This document shows positions 13,336 through 26,613 of a stretch of 64,000 nt of DNA, piece by piece. This DNA comes from Octopus sinensis (Eukaryota), in contig NC_043008.1 of assembly GCF_006345805.1 (NCBI RefSeq), positions 72,850,001-72,914,000 on the forward strand, given 5' to 3'. The first letter of the stretch is position 1, and every line of letters starts with the position of its first letter. Both the position numbers and the translations under genes were made by a program. The notes under the pieces are model-generated. The model was not told the origin of the DNA. It made no database searches and worked only from the letters and a program-made list of their open reading frames with translations.

Positions 13336-15539
13336 CACCGCCGCACTTCCATAATCGTGGGATCTCAAAATAATAGATAGTGGGTAGTGTGTAATGAGGT
13401 AGTTTGTAGTGGATGGAGAGACAATGAGTTGTGGCTGATGAGGCAGTGTTTAGTATATGACGAGACAGTTTGTAGCAGGTGATGACATAGTGTCTAGTTT
13501 GTGATAAGACAGTGTGTAGTGGGTGGTGACACAGAATCAGACTGTGTATAGGGTATGGTGAGACACTGTTTAGTGATTGGTGAAACAATGTGTAGTGGGT
13601 GATAAGACTGAGTGTAATGGGTGATGAGAAAGTGTGCAGTGTATGATGAGATAATGCCAGTATTCTAAGTGTGTACTCATGAGTGTGGCAATTGCAGTAA
13701 GTAGCAATATATGGAACATGGGTTCTGTGACAAAGATATTGCAATGTGAGTAGTAAGATAATTTATAGATAGTGATGCACTAGTATAACTGGTTAAGGAT
13801 TCTTCTTTATTAATTTTGTTTACATTACAGCTGGACATTTCGAATGAACAGTATTTAAAATATGCTATCTCCTTGACAATATGACCTGAGCTATATGTAT
13901 AGGGACGTAATTATATAGTAATATTATGCCATTGATAGGATTATGCACACTTGAACCATGTTAAATATATATGAGTACTGAGATTCAAGTTGCTTGTGCA
14001 CATTAACTGCTGGGGTAAATTTAATCAAACACAAATGAGCATTGAGAAACCCTTAACAGGGCAACATTGTCATCAACTTCATTATGAAATCTCTGGTAAT
14101 GTATTTAATCTATGAAAGAAATGTAGCTTTTATGGCCATAGCTGACCCTCATAGAATGCTGAAGTCAACACAGTGTTTGAATTAAAGATCTGTAGCTTGA
14201 CATTTTGAAGGAAAAAATTGTTAGAAAGTTGCACAGGTTTGCAGCTCAGTTAAGAAAATATTGATTGTGTTTTTTAGTTCAGAAAATAATGAAGGGATGA
14301 GAGGAATGTGTTTATGTATGTATGTATGTGCATGTGTGTATAATCTATCTATACATTTATATGATTGTGGGGGCACATACGCACAGATATATTTGCATAT
14401 GTGCACAAGATAGCTATAGCTCTAAAACATTTTGCATTGACTAGATTTTTCTGCTAAGATTTTAATTGAACGATGCCGCTTGTTTCATAACAATAAGATT
14501 CAATAAAAGAAGGGGAAAAAATTAAACAAGAGAGAAATAAACACAGCAAGTCTGTGAGACCCACCTGAAAGTGGATTTTCATTATAGCTGAATACTTAAT
14601 GGTTGAAAGAACATTTTGTTGGAGCCTTGCAGCAAGAGATGAGAACTGGTGCTGCAAAGTTTTTTTTTTCCTTCATTACCGCACATTCTAATATTACAGC
14701 CCCACCACATTCACTTCCAATGTCTAATGAAATGGCCAATAAAAATGCAATCATTCTCAGAGTAGAGAAATGATTTCTTCAGAAACATGAATGAGAATAA
14801 AATTAGCTGAAGACTTATTAACAAAGCAGTGGGGATATATTGAATTTAAAATAATGGGAGAAAACTAAATAAAATAGAAAAGGAAAGGGAGTGAGTGAGA
14901 GTTGAATATCTTTTTATAGTATGGATGATATCAAAGAAGAAAGATGAGTTTTGGAGTGATAGAAAAAAACCTGGGAGGGAATGGAAATAATCTACATTAA
15001 ATTCATATTGGTTCACACACACTTCGGTGTGTGCATATATATTGTTTATCGATGTTTATGTATGAGGGAGTGTGTGATGATATATTTTATGAAGTGTAAT
15101 GTATAATATTTACACACAAACATGTTTATAATACCAAAGGAGAATATTACACAAAACATAGAGCAAACTATGTATATATATATATATATATTGCATGAAT
15201 ATTATATGTATGTATGAACACATACATATATGTATACTCACATGCACACGCAAACACACACACATGTATATATATGTGTATGTGTGTATGTATATATATA
15301 CATATATTCATATATGTGCTTATCTAGGCATTGCATGATTATTATATGTATGTATTCACACACACACACAAGTATAAATAAATATATATAAATGAATATA
15401 TATAAATAAACTTCATAAATATATAATAAATATGAATATAGATATATGTAGATACATTACATTTGCATACATTTTATATATATAATATGTATATAAATAT
15501 ATATGCAAAAATGTATATATATTTACCAAAATTACATAA

Positions 15540-16324
15540 AAATACCTTGAAATACTAAAGAGCAAATTTATTCAATAAAATCGCCATTGGCTTCAACCAT
15601 GGCCTCCAGATGACATCAGAATCTCCTACAACTCTTCTAGCTGGTCTCCTTGTTTAAGTTGGTGAACACTGCCATAATCCTTGCCTTCAGTTCATCTTTG
15701 GTGTTACAAGGAGTTTTCCTGGTCTCTTGCTCAACTGTGCCCCACACACAATTATCAACAGGATTGCAGTCTGGGGAGTTAAGTGGCCAGATGTTAGGGG
15801 TAATGTGGTCACAGAAATTGTCTGATAGACATGACTTGGTTCTCCTGCTTGTGTGGCATGGGACAGAATCCTATTGCCAGAAACAGGGTCTTCCAGCAGC
15901 CACCCTCTTAACCCAGAGCAGCACTACCTCCTCCAGGCACTTGATGTAGGCCTCTGTGCTGAGTCTGAAGCCGTGTGGGAAGATGTATGGAGGCATAACG
16001 TCACCATCACTAGCGATCACTCCAAACACCATGATGTTGACTGGTTGTTTGATTTTTATCACTCTCTGAACATGTTTTGGAGTCACAGCAAGCCAATGAT
16101 TGTTTTGTGTGGTTACCATCTGTTTGTATTTGAGCTTCTGACATGAATGTCAAGCAGTACAAAATGTCATTTCCAAATTTCTGGCTGAGTGAATTGTCAT
16201 AGTGCTGTTTAGACAATGCCCATCTGACCCTACCATCCTGTGTAGTCAACAAAATCAAAAACAAACAATGCACATGCATGGAATTAAAACTATAAAAAGG
16301 CAACAATTTACCCATCATTCCCTG
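15540..16324 (-). mobile_element. maT-type (DD37D) Tc1/mariner element, internally deleted and pseudogenised
   Basis: IMVFGVIASDG...WQ*DSVPCH...WPLNSPDCNPVD, with 37 residues between the second and third catalytic D; terminal cagggaatgatgggtaaattgttgcc abuts TA at 16325; other end not found. Confidence 0.8.
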
Positions 16325-16387
<63 letters not shown>

Positions 16388-16414
16388 TATATATACAGAT
16401 ATAGACATATAGAA

Positions 16415-16665
16415 GCTAGGATCACCAAGCATAGAATGAAATATTTTGGTTCATATTATGTGGAGAAAATCCCTGGAGAAGGACATCATGCTTGGAATGG
16501 TCAGTGGCAAGAGAGGAAGAGGCCGACCAAGAAACTGCTGGATTGACACCATCAAGAGTGATACGGAAATGGACATAGCCAATCTGAAAGAAGCAGCCCA
16601 GGATAGAACTGGCTGGAGGACACTGATCCATCAAATAACTGAGAGTCGACTTTGAATGAGTGGAT
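16415..16665 (+). mobile_element. RTE (BovB-like) LINE extreme 3' fragment
   Basis: HIMWRKSLEKDIMLGMVSGKRGRGRPRNCWIDTIK...AQDRTGWRTLIHQIT, followed by a (GATA)n tail. Confidence 0.8.
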
Positions 16666-16723
16666 AGATAGATAGATATACATATATATATATGATATAT
16701 GTGTATATATATATGTATATATC

Positions 16724-16792
<69 letters not shown>

Positions 16793-16869
16793 TAAGGCAG
16801 CATTTCTATAGTCAGGGATATTGCCGGCGATAGTCCAATAATAATAGTAACAATAATAGAAATAGTATA

Positions 16870-17349
16870 GTGATCAGTGCTAGCAATAATATTAACAGCA
16901 ATCATAACAATAAAAACTCCGTCTTAGTCTCGGAGGTAAACCCTAACAGATTAAAGTTCTTGTCCAGTAATTCCAAAATTAGAAATTCCATTTACCAGTG
17001 TAAAGTTTCTTCCGGTACCAGTGTCTTCTTCTATATTGGGGCGACTACTTCTAAATTATCCCAGAGGATTTCCAATCATTATTCAACTTTCCGAGATAAG
17101 AGAAAACAACAAAATACAGGACTAAGTAAATTAGTTTGGCATCTTAAGGACAGCAATATAACTTTCAAGCTGGAATGGTCCATATTGTCTGTATCCTTTC
17201 CTCTTGATAAGGGCAGAAAACATTGTGGCGTTTGTAATTCCGAGCTTTTCCATATACTTTTCGCCAAATTCCCTTTGGTAAACACAATGGTAGAAAAATC
17301 TTATAGGTGCACACACTGGCAGAAAGACACCTTCCACTCATATGAATGA
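16870..17349 (+). CDS. GIY-YIG endonuclease domain of PLE type (open frame, no ATG, no attached RT)
   Basis: SIYQCKV...FYIGAT..QRISNH..TGLSKLVWHLKD..WSIL..CGVCNSE..LVN..CTH: conserved GIY-YIG Y/YIG/R/H/E/N pattern plus the PLE Cys/His residues. Confidence 0.8.
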   Translation: MISASNNINSNHNNKNSVLVSEVNPNRLKFLSSNSKIRNSIYQCKVSSGTSVFFYIGATTSKLSQRISNHYSTFRDKRKQQNTGLSKLVWHLKDSNITFKLEWSILSVSFPLDKGRKHCGVCNSELFHILFAKFPLVNTMVEKSYRCTHWQKDTFHSYE

Positions 17350-17920
17350 TGATTAATATAGATAACCACCTTGAATTTAATAATTTGGTTCCACTTCTAC
17401 AACACCACCATAGACAAATTTTTTTATACCCCATTACATCAAGGGCTACTACCAAATTCGTTGGGGTATGTTTTACCTTTGTCTCTCTACCTCTCCCCCC
17501 TCTCTCTCTCCCTCTCTCTATCATAAGCACAATCAAACACACAGACTCAAACCTGTCACTTCACCTCTAGATGTATTTGGCATTTATCCCCCCACACACA
17601 CAATCACGCACACACATACACACACATAGACACGAATGCAGTTATATACATACACACACATAGGCATTCAATCTCATTAGCAAAAGCGAACAACAACGTT
17701 TCCCCATACATACGAATTGCACTCTGTCACCTTCCTATTCTTAGAACTTTCCCCTTCCAAACATTTTTGAACTCTTGAACTTTTTAGAATCTTCTCCATC
17801 CAACCAATTTTGACGTCACTGCTTATAACGGAATTTTTTAAAGGAACACTCATTATCGCTATGGACTCCGTGTGGGCGGTCATCTAAAAGTTTTTGTTCG
17901 TCATGATGCTGACATAAGTT

Positions 17921-18015
17921 CCTTGTCTTTCCTGATGAGAAGGCGGCATTATGCACCCTTTATTCCTTCGGAATTGAGAATATGCAGTCTTCGAAACATA
18001 TGTCGAGAATAAAGG
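17921..18015 (+). ncRNA. Type I hammerhead ribozyme motif with extended stem II
   Basis: UUUC-CUGAUGA-GAAGGC...(AUUCC UUCG GAAU hairpin)...GUCUUC-GAAA-CAUAU-GUC-GAGA; canonical core, palindromic stem III. Confidence 0.8.
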
Positions 18016-18200
18016 AATTTTGTTAAATCGTCGTTCGACTCCATTCTTTCCTTTATTTATATTAAAAAAACACAAATTTCCACACGAAAGCACGTGATTT
18101 CTGCCCTTGGCATGTAGCTTTAACCGTGTTTTCTGACGTGAATTTGCTACCTGGGTATCGGTTAACCGAATTATCCATACTAGGATAATTCATTCAACTA

Positions 18201-18366
<166 letters not shown>

Positions 18367-19128
18367 ATATATATGTATATATGTATATAATTAATTTAAA
18401 TGTAGAAAGACAAAAACAGCACCGTGAGATCATAGCACATGCAAAGTATTGATAAGACACTCAGAGAAGGAAAGAGTGGTTGTTTTCTTCGGAAACAGGA
18501 GACATAGGAAAGTTCAAAAGAAAAAGAGGGAGGAAAAATCGCCAACAGTCCACCTGTAATTACATTTTTGCAATAACCAGAAGTAGATGGACTATGAGAA
18601 AGTACTTTCTAGAACAGGAGAGTGTGAAGAAAGGTGTATGTGTGTGTGTATGTAGATGTGTGTGGTGATGTGTGTGAGTGCATGGGGGGGGGGGGGGTGA
18701 TAACGTGTGGGTATTGTAACGTGTGTGTGTGTGTGTGGCAGTAATAGAAGGCATATGAAAACATTCCCAATCGAAGACAGTCATTTAAAGTCTGTGGGTG
18801 AGAGACCAATTACTGAATGACTGCAGTTGACATCAAACAGTGGCTGCAAATGCACAGATATAGACTATAAATCCCATTTGTATACTTATGGATCAATTAC
18901 ACATATATTTTATAACTCTGTTTTGCCATAGAAGGACAAACAACCAGTCATTAGAACTCAGTACAGTGTAACATCACATCACAACTAGACTTTCATGTAA
19001 CAGTATGAGAAAAGCAAAATATATGAACGGAAAAAGAAATAGAGCAACATAATTATATTCAACCAAGAGAGCAAAATGAAACTCAGTATTGGGTGCCACT
19101 GTGTATGGCTGTAGCTCCTTATATATAT

Positions 19129-19188
<60 letters not shown>

Positions 19189-20639
19189 CATATATATATA
19201 TACATATATATATATATGTACTGTGTGCTGAACATTATAATATAGTAATTTAGTGTGGTTTTTGAAGTAGTGCATTGGATATTATAAGTAAAAGTTTCGT
19301 GGGGCAGTGATACAATAGTCCATTATGGATAGTGATACAGTAAAATAGTAAGTATTATATTATAAAGGTATTGTGTAGGTAGTAACGCAGTGGTACAGTG
19401 AACATTATACCAGAATGGTGTAGTGTGGGTAGTGAAGCAATGGTGTATTGCATATTACAATGAGATAAATTTTTTGAATTGTTTTATGAAGTTAAATGCT
19501 GTTTCAATGATAATGTTATCTTCTAAAATACTGAGTGTAGAAATTGTAAAACATTCAAATAGTATAGAAATATTTTGCAAACAAGCTAAAATATTTACAG
19601 TGATGGATGGAAGCCTGTATAAACCAAAATGAGATTTGGGAGAAGCTGAAGACATTACAGGCTCTGTACTTCTCATGAAACTAATTAAATAAGCGAGAAA
19701 AATAATTCCCTGTTGCATTACCTGTCAATAAATATATAATTAACAATTACACACTTAGATAATCGAATTAATATCCTAATATATTTATAAAGTTATTAAT
19801 CTTAATTGTTTTTGCTACTTAACCCTTAATCCCTGATTACAAGATATCACCTGAAAATTAAAATTGCAATGTGCCATCATAATGAAATAACCCATGTGTG
19901 AAAAATGCTTGTGATGGCCAATGTTAAGGTCCCTCTTAATTTTACTACATTTTGTTGGTTCTGATATCTTGTTACTATAAAAATTCCTTTCGTAGACCAA
20001 TTAAAATTTTATGCTTGATATTTTTGTTGCAATTGGAGCCAAATTATGTACATAATTGGTAGTCCACTGATTTGTCTCTGCCATGTTTTTTGCAAAAGGC
20101 TTCTTGTGAGCTGATCAAACACTAACTACTTCCAATGATATTAAAAATTCTAAGAGAACATTTATCAATTGTACTGCAGATGGCTTTGACATTAGGTACA
20201 TGAGATTAAAGATAATAAAATGGCTGTGTAAGTTTAAACAAAATTGTGCAGCTTTCACAAATCGTTTCCATCATGACAAAATTGTTGAAGACATCCACAA
20301 ACATTATTCCTGAAGACTGCAGACATCAGCAAATTTCATAGGAGAAAATACGTCACTGGAAACTAATTGTTAATCTCTAAGAAAATCTCTTCTAATAGTT
20401 TGAGAAAATAATAGTTCAAAACCAAGTTCCTATAGCAGTTAAAATTGTGGTTATAGGAAACGTTTTATTCTAACATTAAGTTATACAGTCAATAAAATGA
20501 CTTCCACTGAAGAATTTCTTACATCAAGAACCACCTGGCCAATGCTGTGTTCCTATAGTGTTGGGTGCCTTTTAGTAAAGGTGATTTAGAAAATTCTAAG
20601 AATTTCATATAATATTCATTTCAGAAACAAAAATGTCTT

Positions 20640-21460
20640 TAGAACATTATCATAAAGACTCCAAGATTTAGTTAGGGAGTGAAGAATGCAACCATACTGG
20701 CACATACTGCAGCAATCATTCATCAGTAAAAATGAGGTGGCATTAACAAAACAAAAGAGAAGACTGTGACTCACATAGTGCCAAATATGAGGTTTGTCAA
20801 CAGTCAATGGGAAAATATAGAACATGTAACTGATTGCATATACAGGAAGAGAACTGTTATTTGATGTACAAGCATGCACAGGGTGGACTGACCTGACACA
20901 ACATAAAGGGAGCTGAATGTTTCCAAACAAGATTAGAGTAATGAGACCACATTAAAGCTGAACAGCTCATTCAATCATTGCAATTAATGCTACTGGACAA
21001 TTCAGAATTCACATGTTATAGAGTGACTCCATATAGACTTGCAGTGGGATGGGAATTGTCAGCATTGGTTTTAACAGGATAATTCCTTTTTGACAACATT
21101 GTAATTGGTATTGTTTTTCACTTGAACTTATTACAGGAATCTGTCATCCCATATATTTAAGAGATATTTAGCAATAGAGTACACGTCCCAGTTACCACCA
21201 TGATGTGAAGATCCCTTAAGAATCTACCAAACAGTTGTATTGGGTGATCTATTTTACCTGATATCATACCAATGAATTTCTTTAGTATTACAGAGATACC
21301 TAGAAGATAAGGAGAGCACTTATTAGTGAAAGACTTTCAAAAATAAATGAAAGGAAAGCAGCCATTAAAATAAAGTTGACCCAAATATTAGTTGAAATGA
21401 ATTGTATTATTTGCAATTCTATTGGCCTGAATTGAACAGTAATTCAAAGACATCTGTAAT
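20640..21460 (+). mobile_element. Ancient, highly decayed Tc1/mariner-type transposase remnant
   Basis: Fragmentary motifs WTD..., WF*QDNS, LPNSCIG*SILPDIIPMNFF (cf. FP.RWIGR..SPDLTP.DFF) and RKAAIKIKLTQI..EM; many stops and frameshifts. Confidence 0.4.
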
Positions 21461-22544
21461 CTTTAATTTGAATTTTAAAAGTTAGAACTATCTTAAGAGA
21501 GAATCAATTCATAAATGTTGTGTCTTTGAGCTAGATATTTTATTTCTACTCTGCTAAAAATGTGAAAAGTCTGACTCCTTGTGCTTCCTTCTATCTCTCT
21601 CCTCCAGCTTCACATTCTTGATGTTCTGATCATTTGATTTGAAGAGCTGAGAGCATATTTATGTCTGCTCATGACTTCATAAAAGCTTAAAACAATTAAT
21701 GAAAGTGTAGTACAAGCCAGCAAATCATATTTGCTTGCAAGTGTTAGCTAAGCTTTTGAAAGTTATTAATAAACATTAAATGTGTGAATAATTCATTTCT
21801 TAAAAATGCAGAATTTATTTTCCATATACTGATCTGTCAGATCGTTTTTATAGTGAGTTACTAAGAAATGATATACTGAATCCAAAGTAGAATTCTAAGG
21901 ATGTATTTTGAAAAACTTCTTAAACTTTTATTTATAAGCCGATGAATAATTCTAGGAACCAATTCAGAATTTAAGCCATATGTTTTCACTAAAACCAATG
22001 GAGAGAGTTATCAAAGTTAAGTTTGCGATTAATCTGCTGAATGTCTTATTAAGACGCGGAAATTTAGTTTCAGAAGCAAGTATAAAAAAGCAGTGATTTA
22101 ATTGAGCAGAAGGAATCTGTATTTTGTTTACCTCACCATATTTGTGATAACTGTTTTGTTATTTTCCATCCCTTTCAAAACCATTAAAAAAAGAATAGAG
22201 AAAGAAAATAACAGTAGTGTTTGGAATGCCAAAAACAAACAGGTAAAGAAAAAGAAGAGAATCATCATCATCATCATCCTCATCTTTTCAACGTCCACTT
22301 CTCCATGTTCACATAAGTCAGATGGAATTTGTTGCTGCAGATTTTCTATAGCTTTTCCAGAGTTCTTCCTGTCACCAACCCATACTATTTCCAAGTGCAA
22401 TATTATTTTTCATGCCTAGACATGTTTTCATGGAAGACCAGGAATGAAGGACACTACATGCATGACAATGATGCCCATTCTCAAGTATCATGCAATGTCA
22501 AAGCAAAAAGACGCTAACACACTCACACACATCTACATCTTGTC

Positions 22545-22890
22545 TGTAAGTGTGGCTGCATGGCATCATGGGCAAAATGCCTTCTATTATAGCTTTGGGC
22601 TGACCAAAGCCTTATGAGTGGTCTTGGTAGCCAGAAACAGCAAGATACCTGTTGTGCGTGTGTGTGTGTGTGTTGTTTGTGTCTGAGTTTGTCACCCACC
22701 ATCACTTGACAAATGGTGTTGGTGTGTTTACATCCCTGTAACTTAGCAATTTGGCAAGAGAGATCTACAGAATAAGTACCAGGCTTTAAAAAAATAAGTA
22801 CTGGGTTGATTTATTCAACTAAAAATTCTTCAAGGTTATGCCCCAGCATGGCCACAGTGTAATAACTGAAACAAGTAAAAGATATATGCA
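22545..22890 (+). mobile_element. Composite SINE: CORE-like family B head, (TG)n spacer, second module
   Basis: The same architecture recurs at ~36830-37170 and ~41095-41470 (+), and at ~31600-31980 and ~51670-52075 (-). Confidence 0.7.
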
Positions 22891-22909
22891 TATACATATA
22901 TATATATAA

Positions 22910-23327
22910 GTAGGTGAATGAATTATCCTATGTTTATCGTCAGCATGGAAAATTCATTTAACCGAAACCTGGGTAGCAAATGCACGTCAGAAAACACGGT
23001 TGAAGCGACCTGTCAAGGGTAGAAACTCTGGGTTCATGTGTAGAAATTTGTGTGTTGTATATGAATAAATGAAAGAATGGAGTCGAACGAAGATGTTAAC
23101 AAAATTCCTTTACTCTCGACACATGTTTCGAAGACAGCATATTTTCATTCCGAAGGAATAAAGGGTGCATTATGCAATCTTCTCATCAGGTAAGAAAAGG
23201 AGCCTCTCTCAACAACAAGACAAACAAAAATTTCGATGATTGCCTACATAGTAACCAAAGCTGTCATTGAAACATGTGTCGAGAGTAAAGGAATTTTGTT
23301 AACATCTTCGTTCGACTCCATTCTTTC

Positions 23328-23335
<8 letters not shown>
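22910..23335 (-). mobile_element. Non-coding PLE-derived element with hammerhead and perfect 65-bp inverted duplication
   Basis: 23065-23129 and 23269-23333 are exact reverse complements; homologous to 17880-18200; (TA)n flanks. Confidence 0.8.
23107..23200 (-). ncRNA. Type I hammerhead motif with extended stem II (same family as 17921)
   Basis: Reverse complement: CUGAUGA-GAAGAUUGCAUA...UAUGCUGUCUUC-GAAA-CAUGU-GUC-GAGA; stem I is weakened in this copy. Confidence 0.75.
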
Positions 23336-23366
<31 letters not shown>

Positions 23367-23368
23367 TA

Positions 23369-23936
23369 GCAATAATAAATCTCTGAACGAAGTATAAACA
23401 GTAGCTGCATGAGAATGAGAAGTATATTTGCTACTTAAATGTGGCTAACCACTAAGGGTGGATGCTACTGTAGCTTGTAGCCCCAGAACATCTTCTCCAG
23501 CTGGCTATTGACACACTTTCTGTGCTCTATCAGTATTTGCAAGTGAAGCCATCCTTCCCATCGTCAACCTGACGTGATATGCACAGACCCGGGTTTCTGG
23601 GTATTTACCCATTGTCAGCACATGACAATCACCAATCTTCGATGTGAAGGAGTCCCAATGTAAATACATATATCCTTTTTCCAGTGATGAAAAGTCACTG
23701 ATCTCGAAAAAGTGCAAACAAGCAGTAATAAATCTCTGAATGAGGTAAATACCCAGAAACCCGGGTCCGTGCATATCATGTCAGGTCAACGATGGGAAGG
23801 ATGGCTTCCCTTTGCAAATACTCATAGGGCACAGAAAGGGTGTCAATAGCCAGCTGGGAAGATGTTCTCCTGGGGTTACAAGCTACAGTAGCATCCACCC
23901 TTAGTGGTTAACCACATTTAAGTGGCAAATATTCTT
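23369..23936. repeat. ~185-bp inverted repeat with ~135-bp spacer (foldback element)
   Basis: Arms 23424-23609 and 23744-23932; a short direct repeat gca(a/g)taataaatctctgaa at 23369 and 23722. Confidence 0.85.
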
Positions 23937-23971
<35 letters not shown>

Positions 23972-24599
23972 TTCACATTTTCTCTTCATAAACTATGATT
24001 ATCTCCCACTCCCCAATCCTGTCCTCACTGCCCTGCTGACCATATCATTGCAATCCTTACCCCCACCCCCATATATACCCAGGTTCTCAGCAGTCACTGC
24101 ATTCTTCAATCCCACTCCCAACTCATGCCTTTCTTGGCAATACCCTGCCACTTAAATTATGACCTCCATACCTTGAGAGTATGCCCTGGCACTTGCCACC
24201 ATTTAATTCGTTCTTCCTTACTCTACCATCCCATCTACATTTTGATCTCCATTCCTTGTGAGTATTCCCGAGTACTTCTCTACCACCTCTTTCCTCTTCT
24301 CACTTGCACTCTTACTGTCTTTGACTCTCACTCTTTCTCTCTCTCTCTTGTTCTTCCTTCTGGCTGGGTAACCATGTATCTCCTTGGCTGCATTACACCT
24401 GTTTTTGCCTTCATTTTTGATCATTCTCTTGCTCTTCCCTCTGGCTGGAACAACGTATCTCCTTTACAGCAGCACACCTGTTTCTGTCCTCATTCTTGTT
24501 AGCTCTCTTTCCCTCTCCTTCCCTCTGTCTCTCAATCTGGCTGGGTAACTCTGTACCTCCTCTACAGAAAGACACCAGTTTCTGTCTCTCTGTCTCCCT

Positions 24600-24975
24600 G
24601 TCACACTCTAACATTTCATCATTTGACACAAAATTACCCCTCTAATGTCCACTCACCTCTCAGAGTTTCATTGTCTTGCAAGTTACTTGGTGAGCCTGCC
24701 AGTGCTGGTGCCACATAAAAAGTATCCACTCCACACTGTAAAGTGTTTGGCATTTGGAAGGGTATCCAGCTGTAAAAACCATGCCAAAACTGACCTTGCC
24801 TATGCTGGTGCCATGTAAATATCACTCAGTTCACTCACTGGGATGTTTAGTGATAGTAAGGGCATCCAGCCGTAAAAACCATGCCAACAGTGTTCTGCCT
24901 GTCCAGCTCCTGTTAAATTGTCCAGCCCATGCCAGCAGGAAAAATGGACATTAAATGATGATGATAATGATGATA
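24600..24975. mobile_element. Family C (RTE-tailed) SINE fragments
   Basis: ggtgccacataaaa...gaagggtatccagctgtaaaaaccatgcc...cccatgccagcaggaaaaatggacattaaatgatgatg. Confidence 0.65.
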
Positions 24976-25019
24976 TATATACATAAGATTTCCAGGATTC
25001 AAGAGAATCAGGTACTTAA

Positions 25020-25230
25020 ATAGTAAAGTACCAAGGTCAGGTCAGTGATAGCACTATTGCGTACAAACAATATTTAAGGACAAATACATTCTTACTAAAG
25101 TAAACAAGGATTTATACTCTGATTGTGGCTGACTGAATATACGAGTTGCCAATGTCATACATGGGTACACTCACTGCATCCATTGCACCACAGTCTATAG
25201 ATTTGAGATTCACACGAATTGCAGGTTTTG
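25020..25230 (-). mobile_element. Possible decayed GIY-YIG (PLE) fragment
   Basis: Reverse strand reads ...CESQIYRLWCNGCSEC..., resembling the TC.S.N.IY.I.C..C motif; YIG is not intact. Confidence 0.3.
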
Positions 25231-26570
25231 AACCATAATCCATCTGTTGTTATTTGTTTATATATATATATATACATACATACACACACACACACACATA
25301 CAAACATAGACACAACAGGCTTCTTTCAGTTTCTATGTACAAAATCCATTCATACAGTAGAAGACGTTTGCCCAAGGTGCCATATAGTGGGACTGAACCA
25401 GAAACCATGTGGCTAGGTGACAAACTTCTCAATTGCACAACCACCAATTCTGTTGTACACTTAAAGATTAGATTTTGAAGACCAAAAAAAGGTCTAATTT
25501 ATAGCATTAGCTAGAAAATGAAAGAAATGATGCCAATACATTTTCTTTCTTCTCTTTGATGCTTGTATTACTAATGTGAGAAAGTGGAAAATCACCAAAG
25601 AACACCAGGCAAGTGAAAAAAGGTGATATAAAAAAGGAAAACAGAAGTGTTTCCAAAGTAAAGACAAATGAAACAAAAAACACAGACCAGATAATATTAG
25701 AAAAGGACATGTAAACATTTCTCAAAATTGCTAAAACAGGAACCAATTACTTCTTATGCCACTTGATAGGTAAACCTGATTGTTTTCAATCACATGACTA
25801 ATTTTGCCGATAAACTAAATTTTCCATCATGTTTCTTCTGTTTCAAGGCTCTGATAGCCTTTTTTTGTATGCAAATTATATATTGCTATTTCTCTTTTTT
25901 TTTCTTTTCTTTTCCTTTATTTCATATTGGTTATTTTTCTAAAAATTGTAAATTGTCTAAAAGTATATTCTCAAGTGGCCAAATAATTCCATGGAATATT
26001 GAGATTTCTGCAATTATTGTTGGAAAATCTTCTAACAGTTTTGATAAAACTGAATTGCTGGAAACGATTTATTCCTGGGAAGTATTTATTTGCAAATATC
26101 TTTTTTAAAAAATCAGATTTTTATCACTGAAAGTAGACTGTTTATTCTGCTGTAAAAGTTTATGGTGATGCAAGAGGGAATAGCGAAAGCACCTAAAGGG
26201 TTAATAATCTTGTTCCTGTGTATCTTTATTTCTCAGAATAAAATACTGCAGAACCTATCCTAATTATATATTTAATAGAGTTTTCACTTCAAGTAATTCA
26301 AATTCTGGAGAGAAACTACAAGAATAATTTATCAAGCTTTGCTTGCCTTATGTATTTTTAAAAGAGATTTTCAAAATGACTTTAAAATATGTAATTAAGG
26401 AAAAATTATTTACTAAATTCTTATTTATATGTCACATCTTCCCTTGCAGGTTTGGTGTATGTAATTAACAAATGAAATCATAATCTAACTAATCAGTTCA
26501 CTGTGTGGTAGATAGAGAGATAGAGTTAAAGAGAGAGGAAGAGAGATAAACTAGGGAGAGATAAACTAGG

Positions 26571-26613
<43 letters not shown>

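Noticed and set aside
22102-22419. Overlapping ORFs on both strands (105 and 90 aa)
   Set aside because: Low-complexity (ATC)n and A/T-run driven; no recognisable domain.
23733-23775. Hammerhead-like string CUGAAUGA-GGU aaau ACC-ca-GAAA-CCCGGG-UC
   Set aside because: It needs a core insertion and a 2-nt bulge, and I found no stem I pairing; kept only as a foldback element.
25494-26190. Semi-coding-looking AT-rich stretch
   Set aside because: Every long frame is either interrupted or F/I/S-biased; no motif recognised.
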